Shown: one piece after another, positions 10,223 to 21,031 of the stretch | How the letters are laid out: every line of letters starts with the position of its first letter | Position numbering within the stretch: the first letter of the stretch is position 1 | Assembly: GCA_977862235.1 (NCBI GenBank) | Contig: OZ374559.1 | Span: 682,001 to 746,000, forward strand | Source of the DNA: Dudresnaya verticillata | Taxonomy: Eukaryota | Length of the DNA stretch: 64,000 nucleotides | Reading direction: 5' to 3' | Program-made: the position numbers and the translations under genes | The notes under the pieces: generated by a model | Databases searched by the model: none | What the model saw: the letters and a program-made list of their open reading frames with translations, nothing else | Told to the model about the DNA's origin: nothing

Positions 10223-11324
10223 ATGTCGCCGTCCAATCAGGCCAAACGCTGTACCCAGGACGTACACCAAGACGCGTTTGTTGCTTTGACCCACGCTACC
10301 GTCGATTTCATGGCTACCTCTGCTGCACTATTGGACAAGGTCGTTGATCTTCAAAATCCTACCGCTGTGGACACCTTCCTCTCCACTCTGGCCGACCTGC
10401 CTCGTGTGAAGGCGCTCTTACCCACGTTCGAGCGCAACCCCCACTTTCAGTCCCTGCTTCGCATCTTTTCACACTTCTCTGCTGACTCTGCTGTTTCTGC
10501 GAAACCTTCATCCTCTCCTTCGACCCCGCCGAGACCTTCGTATTTAGCGGCTACGACAACTGGTCCCGCCCCTAAACCGGTTCATCAGCTTCCAGTATTG
10601 GGTCGCAAGGGCCTCGTGGAGCATTCTAATGCTGGTACAACACCGCTGTCTCGAACATTCGCAGGTTCTGTTCGCCGTACGAACCGCGTCTTGTTCGGTG
10701 GGGATCAAAAGCGCTTTATTGCGGTCCGTACTGCCACCTGGCGCTCCCCCGCTTGCTTCGCCTGCTGAATTCCGCAAAGCGCTCAAGCAAGGTGGTTTCC
10801 CTGGCTCATGTGCTATCGTCCGCTCTGAAGACCCCACCGTGTTCTATGTCTGTGCTTCGCTACGTGATCTCACCTACACGGAAGCTGCGTACAATTCGTT
10901 TACTGCTCTGGCAAAAGAATCGGACAACTTCGATGCCCCCCATTTGACCTTTTCCCCACCAATCGCTCTCAAGAATGTATTGACGTCGAGTGAAGATATC
11001 AATACAATTGCGCGACCGCTACGAAATGCGATCAATCTTCTCGACGCTACAAACTGTACCTGGGCTCCTCGAAAATACTTTTCTCTGGACCTGCGCTCAG
11101 AGTATGAAGCACTAGAAGAACGAATGACTTCACTCGGGCGCATGCTACCGAGTCTTACCGAACCCCCGGCGGGCGCTGCTTTTTCCCGACCATCGCGTGT
11201 GTATCCCCGTTATTCTCGACCCGATTCTGATGGATGGACCACTGTTCTTGATTCCCATCCGTCCGCTCCTCCGTCGGCTTTGTGCCCAGATGCACCCGAC
11301 ACTGCGATGCCTGCGGCTGAGTAA
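10223..11324 (+). pseudogene. Family A ORF1 (unknown function), split by one frameshift around 10630-10770
   Basis: The frame from ATG 10223 stops at 10768. An overlapping frame continues (LPPGAPPLASPAEFRKALK...) to TAA at 11322..11324. Confidence 0.6.
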
Positions 11325-14300
11325 TGGAAGAAACAACAACCCTCTTTCAAAAATGCCCTCGTCCGGACATCGTCTTTGCACTTCGTATCCCCACCGTCAA
11401 ATATATTCCAAATTGTCTTCGTGCGGACTGGCACGCTTTATGCTTCCATCTTTTTAACCGATTCGCAGTCGCTTCTACATGTACTGAAAAAGAAGAACTC
11501 TTCGCTCGTTTTTGTGCTGCGGCAAAGCTCGTGCTACGGTTTAATGGACGCGGAGAACCCAGAAATGGCAATAAGGCTGCACTGATTCGCCGTTTGCGTG
11601 ACCGCATTCAACTGGCAATTCGCGGGCAATGGAATGACCTTTGGGAGCAAGCCTCCAGTGCCTTTCCCTCGCTTCCCAATACTTCTTGCCAACCTACAGT
11701 TGATCCTTTCCGCCAATACCGTCGGTTTATGGCCGAGGGGGCCATCAGTAAGGCTGCGCGCGCTTTGTGCTCTACTACTTCTACTGTTATTGCTAATCCC
11801 AATAACAAGACGGTCATGGAATCGCTTCATCCGCGTCCGGAAATTCCAGTTAAACCCCGCTTGCCACAATCACTCCCAGCTGCATATACATTCAACGAGG
11901 CGGATGTAAGACGGGCTCTTAGAAGTCTTCCAGTACACAGCTCACCTGGCCGGGATGGTCTCCGTCCGCTTCATCTTAAGGCGTTAACGCATGCCCCGGG
12001 TGGTTCGGAGCCATCCCACTCTGCAATCGTGGCTCTGACCGCCTTTGTCAAAAAATGTGCTATGGGCTCTTTACCTCCTCGCTACAGTGCTTGGTTTGGG
12101 GGTGCCTTGCTTCTGGGTCTTCCGAAGCACCCATCGTGTGTTTCTAAGCTTCGTCCTATTGCCATTGGTGGCATCCTTCGTCGTTTCGTTGCCCGCCTGT
12201 TGATGAAGAAGATTGCCCAGGACAATACTATTCGTGAATACCTTCTTCCTCATCAGTTTGCAGTGGGAATCCCTCATGGAGCCGAATCTATTATTCACGC
12301 CATACGTTCTTTCGTGGAGTCTAATACTGAGCAAGACTATGTCCTTCTTAAGCTTGATGCCACCAACGCTTTTAACTGTGTTGAGCGTTCTATTATTCTC
12401 AGTGAAGTTATCGAAAGAGCTCCTGGCATTGCAAAGTTTGTGCGTTTCCTTTTCTCGACTGAACCCGTTCTTCTATTTGGTCAGTTGCAGTTGTTCAGGC
12501 GGACAGGTACACAGCAGGGTGATCCGTTGAGCATGCTACTTTTTGCTCTCGCGATTCATCCCCTGCTCATCAACATGCTCTCTACGTTCGCCTCTATCAA
12601 ACTTCTTGCTGCATATGCTGATGACATTCATGTTGCTGTTCCGCGTTCTATTGCTTTCGATGTTATCCAGTTTCTAAAGACCCAAGGCCCCAAAATTGGT
12701 TTCAATCTGCACATAGCAGTGGGGAAAACAGAAGCTTGGTGGCCTTCTTTATCGTCCCGTCGTGCTTCTCGTTCCACCTCCCTAGGTTGTCCTATCAACA
12801 ATCATTCTTTAATCACAGTTCTAGGCGCCCCTATTGGCAGTACTGAGGGCTGTTTACAACATCTAAGAACTAAGCATGAGCCCATCCAATATTTCTGGGC
12901 CCAACTGAAGCAGCTAAATGATCCTCAACTCGTTTTTCATTTATTACGGTACTGTGCTGGAACTTCCAAGCTTTCATACCTACTGCGATGCACTCCCCCG
13001 CAACCTACCCAAGCCATTTCATTAACACATGACTGTGGTATGCGTGGAGTGTTTGAGCACATACACTTTCCACTGTCGGATGAATCCTGGAATATGGTTT
13101 CGCTTCCCATGCGACACGGTGGACTAGGTCTTACAAATGCCCGTCACATTGCCCACTGCAGCTATATCACCTCCGTTCTGTCCTCTCTCGCCTGGATTCG
13201 ATGCCTGGTACCTTTTGATTCTCCTACTTTGCACCACTTCCTCGCCCCGTCTCATCACAATATTCGCGAACAGCAACTACTCCGTGAAGATCGTGAAAAA
13301 TGCAGTGTTTCTTCTATCTTGTCGGCCGCATCTTCCATACGTCATGGTGTCGTTCCCGCATTGTCCCAAGATCTTCTTCCCTATATTCAACGAAAATTGC
13401 GACACGACCTCATGTCCCACATGACTACTCAGCATAGCTCTCGTGCCCGAGTACGGATTCAATCTACCTCTACTGTCAACTCTAGCCGCCCTTTCAGTGC
13501 CCTCCCATATGCATCTTCTTCTACCCGCGTGCAACCCGACATATGGCTCACCATGCTCAAACTCAGACTGGGTGTGGCGATCTTCCGTGGTGATCACCCT
13601 TGTCCTGCTTGTCTCCATGGCACACCCGCTGAAGTTCCACTCCTTGATATCTTTGGACACCATGCCACAATCTGTCGGTCGGGAACTGGCAGCATTCGCC
13701 GCGATGATACCCTCCGAAATCAACTTGGGGCTTTCTTTCGTAATACTGCTCGGAACCATGGCGTTACTGTTCAGCTTGAACGCAACTTTTCCTACCTAGA
13801 GGAGACTGGGGATTCCCGATTTATGGCGTCTTCTGCACGCACTGCTTCAGAAAGGCGTCGTGATGCCCGTCAATTACAACGTACTGAAGACCGTTTCGAA
13901 GAAGACCGACATGACCATCTTCGTATGGATCTCTATATTGATGACCCTGCGTTTGCTCCCCTCCCGCAAGCATTTGACGTCTCCGTGGTGACCCCACACC
14001 ATCCAACTACACAGTCCAAAACGCCTCGCTCTCAACATCAAGCTATTCACCGCCGCGAGCAAGCTAAAGCCCGTCATTATCGTCGCTTATGTCCTACCAA
14101 ACGAATAGAACTCCATCCTATGGTGATGGACATCTATGGTGCCATTGGTTCTGGGTTCGATCGAGGCGCTCAGCGCGTGGCGAATTTCTTAGCTGCTATG
14201 AAGGGCACTTCGCCGATATCTGAGAAACTATCTCTTCTCACCCACCTCACCTCTCTTGTACTTCAATCTGTCGCGGTGGCTGTTAACCGCCGTTTACTCT

Positions 14301-14329
14301 TCGACCGTCGCCTTTCAGATGAGTTTTAG
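11324..14329 (+). CDS. Family A ORF2: reverse transcriptase, CCHC zinc knuckle and restriction-like endonuclease (1001 aa)
   Basis: SSPGRDGL, LRPIAIG, KLDATNAFN, GTQQGDPLS, AYADD, VLGAPIG, LPMRHGGLGL, CPAC..GHHATIC, RMD..FDVSV, REQAKARHY, HPMVMDIYG. Confidence 0.95.
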   Translation: MEETTTLFQKCPRPDIVFALRIPTVKYIPNCLRADWHALCFHLFNRFAVASTCTEKEELFARFCAAAKLVLRFNGRGEPRNGNKAALIRRLRDRIQLAIRGQWNDLWEQASSAFPSLPNTSCQPTVDPFRQYRRFMAEGAISKAARALCSTTSTVIANPNNKTVMESLHPRPEIPVKPRLPQSLPAAYTFNEADVRRALRSLPVHSSPGRDGLRPLHLKALTHAPGGSEPSHSAIVALTAFVKKCAMGSLPPRYSAWFGGALLLGLPKHPSCVSKLRPIAIGGILRRFVARLLMKKIAQDNTIREYLLPHQFAVGIPHGAESIIHAIRSFVESNTEQDYVLLKLDATNAFNCVERSIILSEVIERAPGIAKFVRFLFSTEPVLLFGQLQLFRRTGTQQGDPLSMLLFALAIHPLLINMLSTFASIKLLAAYADDIHVAVPRSIAFDVIQFLKTQGPKIGFNLHIAVGKTEAWWPSLSSRRASRSTSLGCPINNHSLITVLGAPIGSTEGCLQHLRTKHEPIQYFWAQLKQLNDPQLVFHLLRYCAGTSKLSYLLRCTPPQPTQAISLTHDCGMRGVFEHIHFPLSDESWNMVSLPMRHGGLGLTNARHIAHCSYITSVLSSLAWIRCLVPFDSPTLHHFLAPSHHNIREQQLLREDREKCSVSSILSAASSIRHGVVPALSQDLLPYIQRKLRHDLMSHMTTQHSSRARVRIQSTSTVNSSRPFSALPYASSSTRVQPDIWLTMLKLRLGVAIFRGDHPCPACLHGTPAEVPLLDIFGHHATICRSGTGSIRRDDTLRNQLGAFFRNTARNHGVTVQLERNFSYLEETGDSRFMASSARTASERRRDARQLQRTEDRFEEDRHDHLRMDLYIDDPAFAPLPQAFDVSVVTPHHPTTQSKTPRSQHQAIHRREQAKARHYRRLCPTKRIELHPMVMDIYGAIGSGFDRGAQRVANFLAAMKGTSPISEKLSLLTHLTSLVLQSVAVAVNRRLLFDRRLSDEF

Positions 14330-14435
14330 ATAAGCCCCCTTACGGGGCTGTAGTCTTTCCTATGCATAAAGGTCTCCATCTCTTATTTTTATGCTTTTTT
14401 ATGGAAAAAGACATGACCCGCACCATCATCATCAC

Positions 14436-15808
14436 ATCATCATCATCATCATCACACCTTTATTGAAGCAAGACGAACGGCGGAAACCCCTAATGGCTTA
14501 GCCGCTGATGACTATTGGAAGGCCTGGACTAACTGGATATCGACGATTCACGGCAAGAGCGGTGAGCTGGAGAATGCCAGAAACCAGTGGTGAAACTAAC
14601 GAATGGTATTCAATAGCAGGATTTGTCCCCAGGCGCGTGGCCAGGAAAGCAGCGAGTTTTTGTAGTGCGGTACGGCATTCGGGGCCAATGCCACCGTGAA
14701 TGTCAAAGCCCAGCGGCTGAAACTTAATACAATGCGCTGCACAAGCGGTGCGGTACTTGCGATGCTTGTCCCATTCAGCGACGGGGGTGGCCCCTGCAGG
14801 AATTTCAGCTGCCTTGGACACAGCGCGGGCAGTAGAGGGAGCAACAATAGTAAGGTCATAACCAATGCATGAAGCAGAAAAGGCAGGATCACCCAGCACC
14901 AGGTCCAATCGTCGAAGATCATCCTGGAAAGTAAAAGACTGCTCTCTCGTTACAGAAAGCCCGATAGAGGGGTGACGGAGACGAGAAAAAAGGGGATCCC
15001 TAATAGAATTGTGACGACGAGTGGACCCATGGGCACAGGGACATGTCGAAGCATGATACCCCAAAACGTTCAAGGGAAACTACGCAGCCGGAAACGGAGA
15101 GACAAGCAGAACAAGGGAGATCTGGCGCAAATACAGGTGCGCCCAAACGCAAGTCTAACATGGTAGCCCATATAGCAGGTGACACAGAGGTGCCTCGGCG
15201 TGGATCGGGGAATGCGGTAAAGGCCATACGAGTTTCCAAACTACAACAGGAGAGAATCCGGTTCCTTTTGACACACTATCTTGTATGTCAGTCGAACGGA
15301 CGGAGGGCCAGTAATTATCCAAAACGCGAGAGTGAACCTTCGCGGGGAGTTCTTCTTGCAAATGGGGGATGTAACCTCTCTTTCGGGTACGAGAGAGGAG
15401 AGTTGAAAAGTGATGATCGCTAGATAATCCAAAGCGAGTACACATGGTATTACAGGTTCGAGCCAAAGTCCGCTGCCGTGAGTCGGGGCAAGCGAACATG
15501 GAAAGCCCAGGCGAGACCAAAGTAGTGAACAAATCCCAAACACCCATTACAGAACTGATATAGGAAAGCTCGACAAGCGCGGTAGCAGAGGTGAGGCCAA
15601 GCCCTCCATATTCAAGCGGGAGTGTCGCACAACTCCAGGAATCGTCTGGAAGCGAGTGATGAATACGTTCGAATGCCCTTCGCTGCCCTTGGTCGAATAG
15701 ATCGGCCTCAGGAAAGGTTATATGCGGCGGGGCAGTTCGTACAGTATAGATCAGCTTGCAAGCACCGGAGCAATGGCGCAACAGATGATAGGCCATCTGT
15801 TGCGCTAT
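14436..15808 (-). mobile_element. Family B CRE-like fragment (mirror of 3383..4755), tail-to-tail with family A
   Basis: Same ORF fragments and a (CAT)n tract at about 14424..14453. Confidence 0.9.
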
Positions 15809-16736
15809 TCATCATCACCGGAAAATCTTAGTGTTAGCTACCAGGTGACAGCATCTTTTTATACTTTTTGCTGGACCTATGCGAGTTACAAGGTGGAGTG
15901 CGAGTTGGCGCGCTTTGAGAAGTCAGATTTGAACATTATGGCCGCCAGCTTCTCAAGGGGTTTGTTCGCCGGATGGGGAGCCACAGTCGCTGGTGTTGAA
16001 AATGAGCTTCGTGCTATATCTCGATTGTAGGATGTGGGTATATTTGTATGAAATGGCGAGATAGTACAGGACTTTCGTGAAAGTCCTGTGTGAAAGTTTT
16101 CACAGAATGTAGGACTTATTGTTAGTCGATGGTTTGCAAGGCTCGACTTCCGAAACAGACATTGGGAATGTTTTAAGATATGGACACGAGAAGGTCTTCT
16201 TCAAGCGTTGCAAGGTACTTTAGGACACTTCTTGCAAGACCTCTTTCCATTGATTCCACGATGGTCCGGGTTATCTAGAGTAACTGAAAGCCTAGTTGCG
16301 AGCGCCCTTTCTACTCGACTGGTCATTACTAGAATATGTACCGAGGTTCCAGCAGAATGTAGCAGTGGGAAGGCTTGTGAGAGAGTTGAGAGACTTAAGA
16401 CGACGTGTATGTGAGTGCAGTCGCTTCTACCTAGGCTGAATACTTCAGTAGGCAGATAGGTTTTGGGCCATGTAGATACATCCATGTTGAGATCCTACCG
16501 AGGGTTCTAAGTAGCGATATTTATTGAGAATCGAACACAAACCAGCTTCCTCAAACTGTAAATACAAAAAGCCTGAGGTCAACTGCAGCTGGCTTCAAAA
16601 GAAAACAGTACTACCACAATGCAAATGCTCATTATGAAGCCAGATGAGATAAACGGAAACTCGTGGTACTAGCTATGAGGTAACAAGCTCTGTTTGTATA
16701 CACATGGACTGAAAAGTTTCTGAACCCATACTGCAG
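15809..16736 (-). mobile_element. Family C repeat (mirror of 2455..3382)
   Basis: Mirror copy; similar to 23831..24664 in the same orientation. Confidence 0.6.
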
Positions 16737-17092
16737 TGTACGAGATTAGATTGAGTCTGTGGACCAGTGGGCCTTTCTGGGATGCGTTGGGGTCCTGAAC
16801 GGGCCGTGCGCAAAAATGTCCATAAAACGCAAAAAAACACACATACCTTCACATTAATCCAAGGAGCAAAGCTGTGGGAAAGGGTAAAAAACAAACGACC
16901 GACCGTCACCGCCGCGAGGCTTCCTCCCGCCCAACCCGAACAGTTTAAGTAGAGAGTCTACAGCGCTGCATCCCCCCTTCTTTGCCTGACCCAGACCGAC
17001 ATCCTTTTCATGCCCGCCCAACCGTGTTCGCTCTCTCCCGCAGCACAATCGAATCCAATCGTATCAAGACTCCCGTGACAAGCTGCTTCAGC

Positions 17093-18949
17093 ATGCAGGT
17101 CGAAAAATTCCCGAAGCCCGATGAGCTCGGCGAGGAAGACCTCGTCGACTACGAGGAGGAAGACGAGTCCACTGTGGCGGAAAGCCCCACCGAAAATGAC
17201 AAGGACTCCACAAAAAAGTGAGCTCATCCACCACTCCCCGATTTTGCGGCTGCGACTTGAGTCTTTCCCGCCCTGCCCCGCCCCGCGATTTGGTCGCCTT
17301 TGTCCATCTTCCGTCCTCATCCGTATCGGCCAGCCTGGAATGTTCTATTCTGGAACCCGCTGAGCTGCCTGGCATATCCTGTCAAGCAGCTCTGTCGAAA
17401 GAGTGCTGCTCCAGCGGTCATTGTTTGATGACTGAGCTGTTCAGACACATTCGGGAATCACCTGGGAGTGTCCCTACTGTCACGGTCCACTGTTTTGGTT
17501 AGTGGAAGAGTTCTTCTTCATCTACTGCAGCAGGAAAACGCGGTCCAGCCTATTTGCATGTTCTGCTGCTGCACATCTGCTGACTGCAGCACTAATCGCG
17601 GGGACGGGGCTCGGCAAACGCGCATGCAACTCCGTCAGCCATTTAGGAGTACCATGGCCTCGATGCAATCTCCGAATGCCTCCCACACTCTTCCTCAAAA
17701 CGCTAACCCATTACTTTGTATCATCCGTTGTGCGCGTAACTCCCTTCTTGTTTTCTTGTACCTATCGTAATTCAGGGGCACTTATGTCGGCATTCACTCT
17801 GCTGGTTTCAAGGACTTCCTCCTGAAGCCAGAATTGCTTCGTGCTATTCAGGACTGCGGTTTTGAGCATCCGTCTGAGGTCCAGCACGAGTGTATTCCGC
17901 AGGCAGTCCTCGGAATGGATGTGCTCTGTCAGGCTAAGGCTGGAATGGGTAAGACTGCTGTCTTTACGCTCGCTGTCTTGCAACAGATTGAACCGGTGGA
18001 TGGCGAAGTCAGCTGCGTCATTCTCGGCCACACCCGAGAGCTTGCCTATCAGATCGCTCATGAGTTTAAGCGATTCTCAAAGTATCTTCCCAACATTCGT
18101 ACCTCCGTGATTTACGGAGGTGTACCGGTGCGTCAGCACAAGGACTTACTGCAGAGTAACCCGCCCCAGATTGTTGTGGGAACTCCTGGCCGTATCAAGG
18201 ATCTCGTTAAGCAGAAGGCGTTGAAGGTCGACAAGGTCAAGTTCTTTGTTCTGGACGAGTGCGACCGGGTCCTTCGAGAGCTCGATATGCGCCGCGATGT
18301 GCAGCAGATTTTCAGGGAGACCCCACGTGAGAAGCAGGTCATGATGTTCACGGCAACCCTTTCCAAGGAAATGCGTATTGTTTCGAAGAAGTTCATGCAG
18401 AGTCCGATGGAGGTTCTTGTCGATGACGAAAGCAAACTCACTCTCCATGGGCTGCTTCAATACTTTGTCAAGTTACAGGAGGCAGAGAAGAACCGTAAAC
18501 TGTCGGATATCCTCGATGCTCTTCAGTTCAACCAAGTAGTGATCTTTGTGAAAAGTGTTCCTCGTGCAATTGAGCTCAACAAGCTACTCATGAAATGCAA
18601 CTTCCCATCCATTGATATCCATTCTGGTATCCGTCAGGAGGAGAGAATCAAGCGTTACAAGGCATTCAAGGACTTCCAGAAGCGCACCCTAGTTGCGACG
18701 GATATCTTCGGACGCGGCATCGACATTGAGCGTGTCAATATTGTCATCAACTATGACATGCCCGAGAGCGCGGACAGTTACATGCATCGTGTCGGTCGTG
18801 CGGGTCGTTTTGGAACAAAGGGTCTGGCTATTTCCTTCGTCAGCTCTGAGGAGGACTCGGGGGTTCTTCAGGACGTGCAATCTCGCTTTGAGGTTGCATT
18901 GTCCGAGCTCCCTGACACTGTGGATCAGTCTTCATACATGACTGCGTAG
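17093..18949 (+). CDS. UAP56: DECD-box RNA helicase UAP56/DDX39/SUB2, copy 2; join(17093..17217,17776..18949), 432 aa
   Basis: ATG 17093, donor GTGAGC at 17218, GCTAAC branch-like motif at about 17702, acceptor TTCAG ending 17775. The spliced length of 1299 nt is in frame and all helicase motifs are present. Confidence 0.96.
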
Positions 18950-19615
18950 GCGTGGAACGCGCTATTATTGTTGCTGAGACTGTCAGGTGCCTTGAAAAGG
19001 AGCGTCTTCTGTTAGCGCACACGTGCCCAGTAAATTGAACACTTGGGCACAGATTCGCCATTGTTGCATTATTGCAGATGACATCCTTATCAGCTAAGTC
19101 TCTGCTTCACCAGTGCCCGGGAGGTGCTCTGAGTAGGGTAGGCTCCAATTCAACAGAATGCACACTTTACATGCCACACCTTTCTCACTGGAAGTGTGCT
19201 CGAGGAAGTCAGGGATAGTGTCCGTGACTGTAACAGTACACATTGTATCGGGCGCTACGGATGCCGATATTCCAGAAAGGATTCGATATGCCGTATCGAG
19301 GAAGCATTCGTCTCACAGTAACGATAGATAGGTGATAGAGAAGTAGACAGGATAGAGAAAGTTGGATGGGTATATATAGCCCATCTGATGAAGGACCAGG
19401 AGAGAAAGGGGGCATCTTGATCCTAATTTCAGTTCCAGAAGTAAAGTCCAGTACTCCGTTCCTGTTCTACTCCGTTTCCCGTTCTACCTCGCTACTGTTT
19501 CAGTGACAGAGAACTACTCAAAAACATCTGATAAAGTCTTCAACGAGTACCACCTTGGAGGGGTCGCTGTTTGACTTCCAAGGTATGACGAGTGGGTGTA
19601 GAATAAGACTAATAG

Positions 19616-19679
19616 AACGGAGCAACGCTGAAGCCCAACCTTTGGGCTCCCAGGCTTTGGGCTTCAGCGTTCCTCCGTT
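19616..19679. repeat. Short inverted repeat/hairpin, 23-bp arms with one mismatch
   Basis: AACGGAGCAACGCTGAAGCCCAA pairs with TTGGGCTTCAGCGTTCCTCCGTT. Confidence 0.85.
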
Positions 19680-20413
19680 ATATTATTGGGGAACATCCCT
19701 TCGGATGGAAGTCGTGGGAATAACAGCCATTCGAAAGCGAAACACCATATTGGAGAAACTTCACATCTTTGGTCTACCGAGAGGTTCCACATTTGGCAAC
19801 CCCGCCGCTATGTTCTGTTCCGTAAAACCGTGAGAGAAAAAGCGGGAGGAGCTAGGCGGAGAGCTCCTAGAGAGGGTGAAGACCGAGAAGAGCTATTGAC
19901 ATTTACGAAGCCAACTGGGAAGGGAAAGAGAGTAGGACAGTGGTCGGTAGAGGTAGGGTCGCGGCGGAAAGAGGTCGTAGAGCCCCAATAGCGAGTTACC
20001 TTTGGGCAGTACGACCATATGGTCCGCACAAAGTTCTTCCCATTATCTCGTTACTGTGGATTCGGTCAGCTGGGTCAGCATACGGAGTGACATCGGGTAA
20101 CGAGTCAGCCATCTGTAGCAAAAAGAATAGGTGTTTCAATCACAAGGGGCTGTCTTTATTTCTTGTGTTGTCGCCCCGCCGGTCCAGTAGGAAACGCTTC
20201 TTTCTCCGCAGATGCCCGCATTTAGTGTGCCAATGCCTTCACCTTCTGAACAAGTTCGCTTCCGGTACCAGTATACCGTAGCTCCATGAATTCCACGAAG
20301 AGGTCAAACACTGGTATCTCCCTGCTGGAGTGCAGTTCCTTGCCAAGATCCTCGTGTTCTTGAAATCAGACAGAAAAATAGTTGAGGAAGAGGACATTTA
20401 CGTCATAAGCCTT

Positions 20414-21031
20414 TCAAGGTTCTCCTTTTGGCGTAGGTTGCGGGCAGTTCCCGTCCAGGATGGCTTGGTGCACGATTTCTTCACAAGCTTCTTCGTTGCG
20501 CACAGCTCTATCGCCAATGATCTCCTCGCATTGCCGATTGAAATTAGCTCGCTCTTTCATCATCTCCGCAATATGCCTGGGATAAGATCCGCTCTTGAGA
20601 GCTCGATTACAAACATTCCCGATCACGCGGCCGGAAAAATCTTCGCAGGAAAGCCCATCGATAGTAGGCGCACTGGACAGGCCCTGGATGATAGGCCTGT
20701 ACTGGGAGAGGCCAGTTGGGTTGGAGGTGCCAGTTGACTGGGAGACGTCAGTTGGATGGGAGAAGCCAGCTGGTTTGGAGCAGCCAGCTGGCCTGGAGCG
20801 GCCAGCTGGCTTGGAGCGGCCAGTTTGCAGGGGGACGTCAGTTAACTTGGGGAGGTCAATTACCTTGGGAAGTCCAGTTGAAATTTCATCAGCTGGCTGG
20901 GAGAGGTCATTTAGGCTTCGATGCGCTCCTCCAGGGTTCCTGGGATCTTCGAGACTACTCTCTCTGGGAACATTAGATGGAGCAATTTTCTCTTCGCCTC
21001 CATTCGGACCCATCTTGACGGGTTGAGACAT
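20414..21031 (-). CDS. Hypothetical ORF with 6-aa repeats, possibly a fragment of a degenerate element
   Basis: 205-aa ORF starting with ATG and containing SKPAGR/SRPAGC-type repeats; no recognisable domain; flanking frames are interrupted. Confidence 0.3.
   Translation of the reverse strand: MSQPVKMGPNGGEEKIAPSNVPRESSLEDPRNPGGAHRSLNDLSQPADEISTGLPKVIDLPKLTDVPLQTGRSKPAGRSRPAGCSKPAGFSHPTDVSQSTGTSNPTGLSQYRPIIQGLSSAPTIDGLSCEDFSGRVIGNVCNRALKSGSYPRHIAEMMKERANFNRQCEEIIGDRAVRNEEACEEIVHQAILDGNCPQPTPKGEP
20711..20910. repeat. Degenerate 18-bp minisatellite, about 11 units
   Basis: Units such as GCCAGCTGGCTTGGAGCG, GCCAGCTGGTTTGGAGCA and GCCAGTTGACTGGGAGAC. Confidence 0.85.

Larger units (their letters stand above)
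9944..14380 (+). mobile_element. Full-length CRE-like (RLE-class) non-LTR retrotransposon, family A, about 4.44 kb, two ORFs
   Basis: 13-bp TSD TCTTATTTTTATG at 9931..9943 and 14381..14393. Pyrimidine-rich 5' UTR, ORF1, RT-RLE ORF2, and a 3' end reading CATAAAGGTCTC. Confidence 0.93.
13394..19190. repeat. Right arm of the large inverted repeat (partner 1..5797)
   Basis: 19171..19190 ATGCCACACCTTTCTCACTG is the reverse complement of 1..20; the ORF set is mirrored. Confidence 0.97.

Noticed and set aside
19365..19420. Hammerhead ribozyme (CTGATGA...GAAA next to a GATGGG/CCCATC stem)
   Set aside because: No stem II, stem III or NUH cleavage triplet could be built.
19229..19508. Solo LTR (TGTAAC...GTGACA with an internal TATA)
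   Set aside because: No TSD, PBS or partner LTR in the window.
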